From: an uncultured bacterium
GTDB lineage: Bacteria; Babelota; Babeliae; Babelales; Vermiphilaceae
Direction of reading: 5' to 3'
Assembly: GCA_963702025.1 (NCBI GenBank)
Contig: OY969699.1
Location: 736,001 to 800,000 of the forward strand
Length of the DNA stretch: 64,000 bases
The translations under genes and the position numbers were made by a program. Below are positions 37,306 to 45,574 of this stretch, piece after piece (the stretch's first letter is position 1; each line of letters opens with the position of its first letter). Below the pieces are notes generated by a model. The model did not search any database. It saw only the letters and a program-made list of their open reading frames with translations, and was not told the origin of the DNA.

Positions 37306-38615
37306 GAGGGCCTTCGAGTCAAGAATTTAATGGGAACACCCTGAAGATCATATTTTGACCGCAACACATTATCAAAGAATCCCAACTGCGTTGGTCCAAA
37401 CCAGTCAGGAGTTTCGGTGATCAAAACAATCGTAATGGGATTGCTTGCAATTTGGCGCGCACGTTTGACATGAATCACCATTTGCTGATGATATAATGGC
37501 TTGTAGCGTAACGCTTCTTTGAAAAGAAAGGTTAACTCATCATCGCTCAAGGTTTGCGATGCCCGTTCATACACTTGTTTAACGAGTGGCAATACTTTAC
37601 CAACATTCTTACCCGTTTTGCAGGAAATATGTAATTGTGGAATTTTTTTTAAGAAATAATCATACACACTTAAACTAAAATCCATATCTTTTTTAATATC
37701 TTGATCGGATAAATCATCTTTATTAAAAAGAATAATGAGCGACTTAAAATGTTCAAACACATAGAATGCTAATTTTAATTCTTGATCGGCAATTGCATGG
37801 CTGGATGAATCTATTAAAAGCAATACCACATTCGCTTCATCAACGGCACGAAAAGCACTTTTAACCATCATCGATTCAAGTTTTTCATCAATGGACCGTT
37901 TACGCCGGACGCCGGGCGTATCAGTAACCAATAAATCTTGCTGATAAAAGGTAATTGGTTGAGCCACTGCTTCTCTGGTTGTTCCGGCTATAGGGCTCAC
38001 AATCGCCCGCTCTTGTTGCGCCAAAAGATTCATCAATGAGGATTTGCCAACATTCGGTTTACCCAAAATTACAATCTTGCATGATGTTTCTTTTGGTTCA
38101 ATCGGCGTTGTTTGTGGCGGCAATGCAGCAACTATCTCATCGAGCAAATCGCCTGCCGCTGATCCATGAAGCGCAGAAATAAAAAGTATCGATTTTAAAC
38201 CCAGACGTTGGAATTCAAATTCATGTTCTTGTGTTGCCTTATTATCAACTTTATTGACCACCAAAATTATTTTTTTTCCCAGCTTTCGGCAAGCCTGCAC
38301 CACTTCACGATCTTCATTGGTAACGCCCACTGTGCCATCGCAAACAATAAGCAAAAGATCGGCGCCTTCCATCATGTGCACCGCTCGTTGGCGCACTTGC
38401 TCTTGAATAACATCTTGTGATTTTTTTAAACTAATACCACCGGTATCAATAAGTTCAAAACTCAGGTCTTTCCAAGAAACAATATCACTAATAAAATCGC
38501 GAGTAACACCTTCATAATCAAAAGTCATGCTTTTAGCATTAACTGATAATCGATTAAATAAGGTTGATTTACCAACGTTCATTCTTCCAACAATAACAAC
38601 GCGAGGCAACTTCAT
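37302..38615 (-). CDS. der: Ribosome biogenesis GTPase Der (EngA)
   Basis: Two GTPase domains: GRMNVGKS/DTGG/NKVD and GKPNVGKS/DTPG/NKDD. Confidence 0.97.
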   Translation of the reverse strand: MKLPRVVIVGRMNVGKSTLFNRLSVNAKSMTFDYEGVTRDFISDIVSWKDLSFELIDTGGISLKKSQDVIQEQVRQRAVHMMEGADLLLIVCDGTVGVTNEDREVVQACRKLGKKIILVVNKVDNKATQEHEFEFQRLGLKSILFISALHGSAAGDLLDEIVAALPPQTTPIEPKETSCKIVILGKPNVGKSSLMNLLAQQERAIVSPIAGTTREAVAQPITFYQQDLLVTDTPGVRRKRSIDEKLESMMVKSAFRAVDEANVVLLLIDSSSHAIADQELKLAFYVFEHFKSLIILFNKDDLSDQDIKKDMDFSLSVYDYFLKKIPQLHISCKTGKNVGKVLPLVKQVYERASQTLSDDELTFLFKEALRYKPLYHQQMVIHVKRARQIASNPITIVLITETPDWFGPTQLGFFDNVLRSKYDLQGVPIKFLTRRPS

Positions 38616-40360
38616 AAACTTTCATCTCTTAGCTGGGTAATAGTGCCGGGAAAATATTTTAATAATAATGCCGCTTGGGGCCATGTATGTGCATTTGAAA
38701 CATCTAATCGCGGCTCATTGTTCATTGGCATTGTGTATGTCTGAGATCGATAAGAGTTTGATTTAGAAAAAACTTTTTTGGGCTCAGGTGCGATTGCAGT
38801 TTTTTGCACCGTAGTAACGGGTGCCGCCGACTTGGGCATCACCGGTGTCTGTTTTTCGCTCGGAAGAGAATCGCGCGTAAAAAGGGGTTCGATCTCAACT
38901 TTTTTTCCCCATATTTGTTCTAATAACGGTTGCCATTGCGGCTTAGTTGATTGAATGAGATCACTAAAGAAAGTTAATTGCTTAGGAAATGCAATGCGTA
39001 TAATTTCTGATTGCGGATCATACGAATCCACAACCCCCTGTTTAAAAATTGAAGTGAGCAAGGGATCATGCAATAACTCAATTTTTAATACCAAAGTAGC
39101 CCAGAGTGCCGTATTCTCATCTTCATAAACCGGCGTTTCTTGAGAATCACCATCAGATTCATCATCGCCACTTTCATCAAGCGCTTCCAACTCTTGCCCC
39201 TCGTCCGCCGGAGAAGAAGATACCATAGCCGCCGGCATGCTTGAATTGCTATTGCTTTCATTTTTTTTGCAAATGCGCAGCAAAAGAATTTCTAAAAAAG
39301 TATGTTGGGCCGCTGTTTTACGAAATACCGCCTCATTGCGATAAAAAAGTTCTAGAATACCATTAATAGTGCCCAGTGATACACTTTGCGTTAAAAACTG
39401 CAACTGTGAAGTATAGGCAGAAAAATTGCGCGGCACGATGCCATTTTTTATCCATATACATGCTCTGACTAATTCAGTCAGCTGCTTCCATATGAACTCA
39501 GCAGAAAATTTTTCAAGCTCAATTTCTTGCGATAATCGTAAAAAATCGGCGCCAGATTTATGCAAAACCGTTTCAAATAATCGCAATAATCGTTCTTCAT
39601 CCAGCTGACCCAAAACGTTATACACTGCCTCTTTTGAAACAGAGGAATCAGAAAAACGAACTTGTTCAAGAAGATTAAGCGCATCCCGCACCGATCCATT
39701 GGTCTCTTTAATAATAAGAGAAAGCGCTTGTTCATCATAGGCTATTGATTCAGCATCACAAATAGCTATCAAATGTGCTAACAACTCTTTTTGTTCAACC
39801 GGTCTAAAATAGACAGCAAAACATCGCGAGCGAACAGTTTCAATAATTTTTTGCGTATCAGTGGTTGCTAAAATAAAGATAACCGTTGCCGGTGGTTCTT
39901 CCATTAATTTTAAAAATGCATTAAATGCTGCCTTGCTCAACATATGCGCTTCATCAATTAAATAAATTTTTTTCCGCGCCATTAACGGCAACAAACCGGC
40001 AGAATCTATTATTTGACGTACGTTATCAACACCGGTGTGTGATGCAGCATCGATTTCTATAAAATCTGGATGTTTTCCCGCTGCGATTGCCCGGCATGAA
40101 ATGCATATGAGACACGGAACCGCATGTGATTTATGATCTTTTTGAAAATCAATTAAACGGTCGCAATTAATTGCTGCGGCAAAAACGCGTGCAGTACTGG
40201 TTTTACCACATCCTTTTTGCCCGGAAAAAAGATAGACCGGGAAATACTGATCAAGATATAAGCTATTTTTAAGCATCCTGATCGATAGTTCCTGACCAAC
40301 AATCTGATCAAAGTTTTTTGATCGCCATTTGCGTGCAAGATTTAGATTCTGGGTATTCAT
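38612..40360 (-). CDS. dnaX: DNA polymerase III subunit gamma/tau
   Basis: LARKWR, GQKGCGKT, EIDAAS, DEAHML, SRC. Confidence 0.97.
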   Translation of the reverse strand: MNTQNLNLARKWRSKNFDQIVGQELSIRMLKNSLYLDQYFPVYLFSGQKGCGKTSTARVFAAAINCDRLIDFQKDHKSHAVPCLICISCRAIAAGKHPDFIEIDAASHTGVDNVRQIIDSAGLLPLMARKKIYLIDEAHMLSKAAFNAFLKLMEEPPATVIFILATTDTQKIIETVRSRCFAVYFRPVEQKELLAHLIAICDAESIAYDEQALSLIIKETNGSVRDALNLLEQVRFSDSSVSKEAVYNVLGQLDEERLLRLFETVLHKSGADFLRLSQEIELEKFSAEFIWKQLTELVRACIWIKNGIVPRNFSAYTSQLQFLTQSVSLGTINGILELFYRNEAVFRKTAAQHTFLEILLLRICKKNESNSNSSMPAAMVSSSPADEGQELEALDESGDDESDGDSQETPVYEDENTALWATLVLKIELLHDPLLTSIFKQGVVDSYDPQSEIIRIAFPKQLTFFSDLIQSTKPQWQPLLEQIWGKKVEIEPLFTRDSLPSEKQTPVMPKSAAPVTTVQKTAIAPEPKKVFSKSNSYRSQTYTMPMNNEPRLDVSNAHTWPQAALLLKYFPGTITQLRDESL

Positions 40361-40433
40361 GATGGCACCGTGCCGGTATTGTGATGAAGTTTAATCAATT
40401 TATTATTTTAAAATCCGCTTTTTAATTTAAAAC

Positions 40434-40519
40434 TGGGAAGCAAACTACAAGATCGGTTATCCCTGCTGCTTCCTTTCGGATCTGACAGATTCTACAACCT
40501 ATCTTTATTTTGCTTCCCA
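40434..40519 (-). ncRNA. ffs: SRP RNA (small bacterial 4.5S type)
   Basis: TGTCAGATCCGAAAGGAAGCAGCA domain IV; terminal stem TGGGAAGCAAA/TTTGCTTCCCA; tRNA-Ser-ffs-dnaX order. Confidence 0.92.
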
Positions 40520-40665
40520 TATTTGTTCAGTTTCTAAGAAAACTGTTCATATTGCTTTTTAATGTTACTACTTCACTAATCGAAAATCGGCAGTCTTCGC
40601 ATGTTTCTTTCAATCTTTTTTGTTCTTCCTTAGTAACTGGCCGTGCCATCCGTCTTCGCTTTCAT

Positions 40666-40899
40666 CCCTCGACATTGCTCGGGAGTAAACGCATCCTTCC
40701 GCTCATCCTGAGGAGCAACGTAAGGTGCGTCTTGAAGGACACCGGACTTTGGGCATTAAGGAATTATCCTTAACTGGCTCTACTTCGCTGCCTAAGCAGC
40801 TACGAAGGGCATACTTCGCATAGTGCTATTGATGTCAAAGGTTTAATTAAATCATTCCGTTAAAGAAACTGGCCTGCCATACGAAGCCTTGGCGAAGTA
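40666..40899. repeat. Palindromic repeats between ffs and tRNA-Ser
   Basis: CCCTCGAC...GCTCGGGAGTAAACGCATCCTTCCGCTCATCCTGAG (inverse of 30806-30850); short CTTCGCT..GCTACGAAGG and CCATACGAAGCCTTGGCGAAGTATGG hairpins. Confidence 0.75.
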
Positions 40900-40991
40900 T
40901 GGTGGAGAGAGAGGGATTCGAACCCTCGATGCCTTTTTCAAGACATACACGATTTCCAATCGTGCTCTTTCGACCACTCAGACATCTCTCC
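40900..40991 (-). tRNA. tRNA-Ser(GGA)
   Basis: GGAGAGATGTCTGAGTGGTCGAAAGAG...TT-GGA-AA, long variable arm, GGTTCGAATCCC...CCA. Confidence 0.97.
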
Positions 40992-40999
40992 AATTTTAA

Positions 41000-41932
41000 T
41001 TATTCAGGCTTCTTTGTCTTATTTATTGGACGTCGAGGGCCACGATTTTTGCCCATATCATCATCGAATCTTTTACGCGGTCCACCAACACGAGGAGCTG
41101 CGGGCGCTGATGACTCACCACCACGGCGCGCACGTCGCTTGGTTGCCTCATCCTCTTCGCCGACTTCAATAAAGGTTAAATCTACCTGTTCTTTATTAGC
41201 AGCCGCTTCTTCACGTCTTTCAATCTGTTTCGTTTCCGCTACGGCAACACCTTTACGTACCGCTTCACCAAGATAATCAACCACTAATTTGATAGCGCGA
41301 GGTGCATCATCATTGCCTGGAATAACGTAATCAACTAATGATGGATCAGCATTTGTATCAACAAGTGCAACCACTGGAACTCCCATACGCGCGGCTTCTT
41401 TAAGCGCAGAACGCTCTTTGAGAATATCAACTAGAACAATGGCACCAACTGGCCATGTCAAGGAGCGAATGCCGCCAACGTTTTTCTTAAGGCGTTCAAC
41501 CGCTTTTTGAATAACGTTCAACTCTTTTTTGGTGTAAAATGGAAACTTCTCAGATCGCGCCAATACATCTTCATAGTGTAACAGCTTTGTTCGTGATTTG
41601 GTCACTTGCGAATAGTTGCTCAGCGTGCCGCCTATCCAACGATGGGTAACATAAGGCATATTAACGCCAGTTGCAACTGAATGCACTATATCTTGTGCCG
41701 CTTTTTTGGTACCAACCCACAAAATAAGCTTACCTTCAGCAGCTACCGACTCTAAAAAATGAGCTGCTTTTTCTAGCTGGTGGGCTGTTTTTGAAATATC
41801 AATCAGACTAACGTTATTCTTACTGCCCCATATATAGGGGTCCATTTTAGGGTTACGCCGTGATTTTTGGTGTCCCCAATGTATTCCTGATTTAACTAAT
41901 GCTTCGAAAAAAGATCTTTGTTGATCTGCCAT
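41000..41932 (-). CDS. rpsB: 30S ribosomal protein S2
   Basis: GIHWGH, WVGTK, RWIGGTLSN, VDTN, PGNDD. Confidence 0.98.
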   Translation of the reverse strand: MADQQRSFFEALVKSGIHWGHQKSRRNPKMDPYIWGSKNNVSLIDISKTAHQLEKAAHFLESVAAEGKLILWVGTKKAAQDIVHSVATGVNMPYVTHRWIGGTLSNYSQVTKSRTKLLHYEDVLARSEKFPFYTKKELNVIQKAVERLKKNVGGIRSLTWPVGAIVLVDILKERSALKEAARMGVPVVALVDTNADPSLVDYVIPGNDDAPRAIKLVVDYLGEAVRKGVAVAETKQIERREEAAANKEQVDLTFIEVGEEDEATKRRARRGGESSAPAAPRVGGPRKRFDDDMGKNRGPRRPINKTKKPE

Positions 41933-41946
41933 AATAGTATCCTTAG

Positions 41947-42017
41947 AGGGTTATAATAGAACGCTTTTGGTCTGGCATGATAAAAACCAGTAACCACCCT
42001 TCATAAAAGCGCTCTCT
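41947..42017 (-). promoter_or_regulatory. rpsB leader RNA (S2 autoregulatory structure)
   Basis: AGAGCGCTTTT/AAAAGCGTTCT stem with GGGT bulge, inner GGT..CTGG/CCAG.ACC stem, downstream ATAACCC partner. Confidence 0.6.
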
Positions 42018-42083
42018 GTTTATGTTATTATTAGGCTTAATTCTATCAAATTAAAGGGGGAAAGCAATAAAAAATACGCTCAA

Positions 42084-43475
42084 TTATTCCTTTTGGGCCC
42101 CGATTACTTCATTACTTGCCAATGCTTTTTCAAATCGCTTACCTAAAAGGAGGGCGGCTACAAACCATATGCCGATAATACCGGCAAAAAAGAAGGAATA
42201 GGCAAGAAAGACAAGATTTGACCCTAAATACTCGGCAAAAACATTAAAACTCGAGCCCCCGGTTTTTGCAAATTTGGTGCCAAAAGCATCTATCCACGAT
42301 TTTGATTTAAACTTTATCTCTTTGACTGTTGGTATATATAAACTCTCTCGCACTGGATAACTAAATCCATAATTAATTGCTCTCATTACCATAAATACTG
42401 CAATAAGATTAGCATAACCAAGCATAAACATAAGAAGGAGCAACCCGGTGCACACAGGAATTAAGATTAGGCATGTCCGCTCACCCAGCTTGCGCAATAG
42501 GGTTTTGGTGCCTAAGAGCGATATAAGAAAACCAATCATATGGGTAAAGAATATAATTTTAAAGAAATATGCACTGAATTCCGCCATAGAAGTAGAATTC
42601 GCTTGGGCAATTCCTATACGTTGATAGCTTAAAACGGTGTTAATCATTTCATAGAAAAAAACCATGCAGAAAATACCCAAAATATAAGGGTATTTAATAA
42701 ACATAGAGAGTCCGGCAAAAAGACCAGTCTTTTCTTCACCCGCTTTGCGCCGCTCTTTTTCTATGCGATATGCGGCTTCATACCCATGTAAATAACGTCC
42801 GGAAACATTTTTTATGAGCAAACGAATAAATATGGGAACCGCCAGCACCATAATTGCTGAAAAAGAAAGCAGTAATTGGTGGCGGGCAATATCTGAATTA
42901 ACATACTGCGCAAGCGGATTGGAGTGACTCAAAATCATCCATGCAAGACCAGCGCTCACCATGCCGCCAAGTTTTGAACCCGAAACCATCAGTCCATAAT
43001 TTTTCTTTGCTTCAGTTGGATCTGTTACCGAGTTGGCAAATGCCCAGAAGACACTCACCATGAAGGGCGAATAACCCTCAACAAAAACATAAAAAAACCA
43101 ACCAAAAAGCCGATAAAGACTCGCATCAGTATTTGGTAATCCGATGGTAGGGTGATTGATTAAAACAGCAAAAACGAGTCCCATCACCCCGTAAAAAATA
43201 CTGTATACGTACAACAGTTGATAACGGCGCAGCCTATCTACTAATAAAGAATAGAATAAAATCGCTGGTACCAGTAAGGCCATAGATAAAAACTTGGCAT
43301 AGGGAACATAACCCTTACCCACCACGGCAACAAAGATCGAATCTTTTAACTCTTTAATTATGGTGTAAGAGGCGATTACAAAAAAGAACGTTACTGACAA
43401 CAGCAAAAGTTTTAAACGCTCATGTGGCTCAACGTTAAACAATGATTTAAAGAGATTAGCAACCCTTAACCCCAT
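42084..43475 (-). CDS. NTT/TLC family nucleotide (ATP/ADP) translocase
   Basis: KELKDS, FWAFAN, LYIP, KSKSWID, AKTGGS motifs; about 12 TMs. Confidence 0.9.
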   Translation of the reverse strand: MGLRVANLFKSLFNVEPHERLKLLLLSVTFFFVIASYTIIKELKDSIFVAVVGKGYVPYAKFLSMALLVPAILFYSLLVDRLRRYQLLYVYSIFYGVMGLVFAVLINHPTIGLPNTDASLYRLFGWFFYVFVEGYSPFMVSVFWAFANSVTDPTEAKKNYGLMVSGSKLGGMVSAGLAWMILSHSNPLAQYVNSDIARHQLLLSFSAIMVLAVPIFIRLLIKNVSGRYLHGYEAAYRIEKERRKAGEEKTGLFAGLSMFIKYPYILGIFCMVFFYEMINTVLSYQRIGIAQANSTSMAEFSAYFFKIIFFTHMIGFLISLLGTKTLLRKLGERTCLILIPVCTGLLLLMFMLGYANLIAVFMVMRAINYGFSYPVRESLYIPTVKEIKFKSKSWIDAFGTKFAKTGGSSFNVFAEYLGSNLVFLAYSFFFAGIIGIWFVAALLLGKRFEKALASNEVIGAQKE

Positions 43476-43566
43476 GTAAATTTCCCCTTCCAGACGGCTT
43501 TAACCGCAACCAGACAGCTCTTTCATTTTTTAACCAACGCTTCTTGTCCACATCCCCTCTTTAAGC

Positions 43567-43599
43567 AAAGAGCCCTCTTCATATTGAAAAGGGCTCTTT
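43567..43599. terminator. Hairpin/terminator between the NTT genes
   Basis: AAAGAGCCCT.TTCA/TGAA.AGGGCTCTTT. Confidence 0.6.
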
Positions 43600-43624
43600 T
43601 AATTATCTTACCATTGAGGCAGTC

Positions 43625-45001
43625 CTAACAAACCAATTTGTCTTGTTCAACTGCTTTTTCATAGGTCTTACCAAGGTAGAGAGCCACAATAAGCCACGCT
43701 GCAATCAATCCAAATGATAAATATGAGGAGAATGCAATAAAGGCGGTCATACCTTCTGCAAGTCCTAACCTCTGTGTAAAACTACCTTGAAGCATATTAA
43801 TGCCTGATCCGGTAGCTTTTGATCCGCGAGAACCGAATGTTTCAATCCAAGCCTGTGATTTATATTTCACGTCATGGCTGGTTGGCACGTATAATGTTTT
43901 TTGTGCTGGGCTATTTAAGGCATAGTTAAATGCTTTTGCAATTACCATGATCCAGAATAGAACGTGCACCACCGGATATGCTTTAAAGCTAAGAACCATC
44001 GCCAACACGATAAATGGCATCAATACGAGCGACACTTTAATACCCAAACGGCGTTGGATATTACTAATACCGAACAACAAACACAAGAATGAGACCACGT
44101 TTACCATCACTGCATAATCACCCAAATATTTGGTTGCCGCAGTTCCTGTATATTGACTCATAACTAAAAACTTAAAGTTGTAGTCGATAATAGTAACAAT
44201 AATTTCATAAATACCAATGATGGCAAAGATACCTAGCAAGTATGGTTGCTTAACCAAGAGTACCAAGCCTTCTAAAAATCCTGGCTCAACCTCTTTTGCA
44301 GCACCTTTTTCACGGCTATGATAGCCACCCATTTCACTCTTTGGCGTTGTTCTCATAAAAAGATACACCCCGAGCATCATGAGTCCAATTAAAAGACCGC
44401 AAATAAATACCGTTGGAACGTCCGTCCCAAATACTTTTTCACCCAATGGCGTCAAGAACTTAGGCCCGATAATGGCGCCAAGCTGACCCAACATAACCAC
44501 CAAAGGAAATCCTTTTTTTGCCGAATTAGGACTTACCAGATCAGCTGCAAAGGCCCAAAAAAGGGCAACAACGATGGAGCCATAGCTTTCAACAAAAACA
44601 TACCACAACCAACCAAGAATACGGCTTGAATCAACAGCAGTATTAGCGAGGCCAATTGTTGGGTTATAAAAAAGGAGACCAAAGATAACAACCCCTACAA
44701 TGTATGCGGTCCCTATTACATAAAACAGGCGCTCGCGAGAGAATTTATCAACGAGCTTGCTGTACAGTATAACCAAGGGGAACAGAATAATAAGAGAAAC
44801 TATTTTAGCGCGCGGCTGGTTAGTAACACCGACAATTGAGCTAAAAAGAGAATCTTTGAGCGGCCGCAAAGTCCAATAGACTCCTATGACTAAGGCAAAA
44901 ATGCCGCCGAGTTTTAGAAATTTTTTAAGCTCTTCTTTTTGAAAATCGCCAAACCATGCTTTTAAAAAAGAAGTAATGGGATTGGAAGCTTTCGCTTGCA
45001 T
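43625..45001 (-). CDS. NTT/TLC family nucleotide (ATP/ADP) translocase
   Basis: LRPLKDS, FWAFA, AKKGFP, LYVPT, KYKSQAWIE, SKATGS; likely start MQAKAS. Confidence 0.9.
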   Translation of the reverse strand: MQAKASNPITSFLKAWFGDFQKEELKKFLKLGGIFALVIGVYWTLRPLKDSLFSSIVGVTNQPRAKIVSLIILFPLVILYSKLVDKFSRERLFYVIGTAYIVGVVIFGLLFYNPTIGLANTAVDSSRILGWLWYVFVESYGSIVVALFWAFAADLVSPNSAKKGFPLVVMLGQLGAIIGPKFLTPLGEKVFGTDVPTVFICGLLIGLMMLGVYLFMRTTPKSEMGGYHSREKGAAKEVEPGFLEGLVLLVKQPYLLGIFAIIGIYEIIVTIIDYNFKFLVMSQYTGTAATKYLGDYAVMVNVVSFLCLLFGISNIQRRLGIKVSLVLMPFIVLAMVLSFKAYPVVHVLFWIMVIAKAFNYALNSPAQKTLYVPTSHDVKYKSQAWIETFGSRGSKATGSGINMLQGSFTQRLGLAEGMTAFIAFSSYLSFGLIAAWLIVALYLGKTYEKAVEQDKLVC

Positions 45002-45227
45002 AATGGGTAACCCTTTAACACGAAGAAATAACAATAATACGACGACGAACAACATTACTAGATATAACAAAAGATTAATAATTTGTAAAAACAAATAAAT
45101 AATTCGATAATCCCTGTCATACGAAAAAGAAGCAGGGACAACTATTTCATTATCTGCTATTTTCAATTTGCAAATTTAAATTTTCGAAACTCGAATCTCG
45201 TTGCACAGAACTTTCTACCTCTGTTGA

Positions 45228-45436
45228 ATTGTGAAATTAGATTTACACATCCTGAGTAGAAATCGAAGATTTCGTATCGAAGGATATCAGAATATGGTTC
45301 GAGCCTACTCCGCCGTAGTCCTATGCATAGCATATTTTGCTTATACGAAGGAGGCTACGAAGGCCGGATACGCCCTTCAGGCTACTCACCATGTGTGATA
45401 AATAACCTTTTAAAGCAGATTATGCATTTCACAATT
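45228..45436. mobile_element. MITE-like composite element with nested short repeat
   Basis: ATTGTGAAAT/ATTTCACAAT ends; CCTGAGTAGAAATCGAAGATTTCGTATCGAAGGA identical to 3158-3191; GGTTCGA|TAC unit split by an insert. Confidence 0.65.
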
Positions 45437-45574
45437 GGACTCTACTGCCGCTCATTCTAAAGACACTCTTTTTGTTTTGTGATATACTCTGAGAAAAGTA
45501 AATTTCTTTGCTCAAAAAGCAATCTCTATTGCCTATTTTGCAAACTATTGAGCAAACTCTAAAAGGTATAAAAG

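Noticed and set aside
40899..41276. 125-aa plus-strand ORF (MVEREGFEPS...)
   Set aside because: Antisense of tRNA-Ser and rpsB
45002..45166. Long N-terminal extension of the second NTT
   Set aside because: TTG start in AT-rich intergenic DNA; ATG at 45001 fits the paralog length
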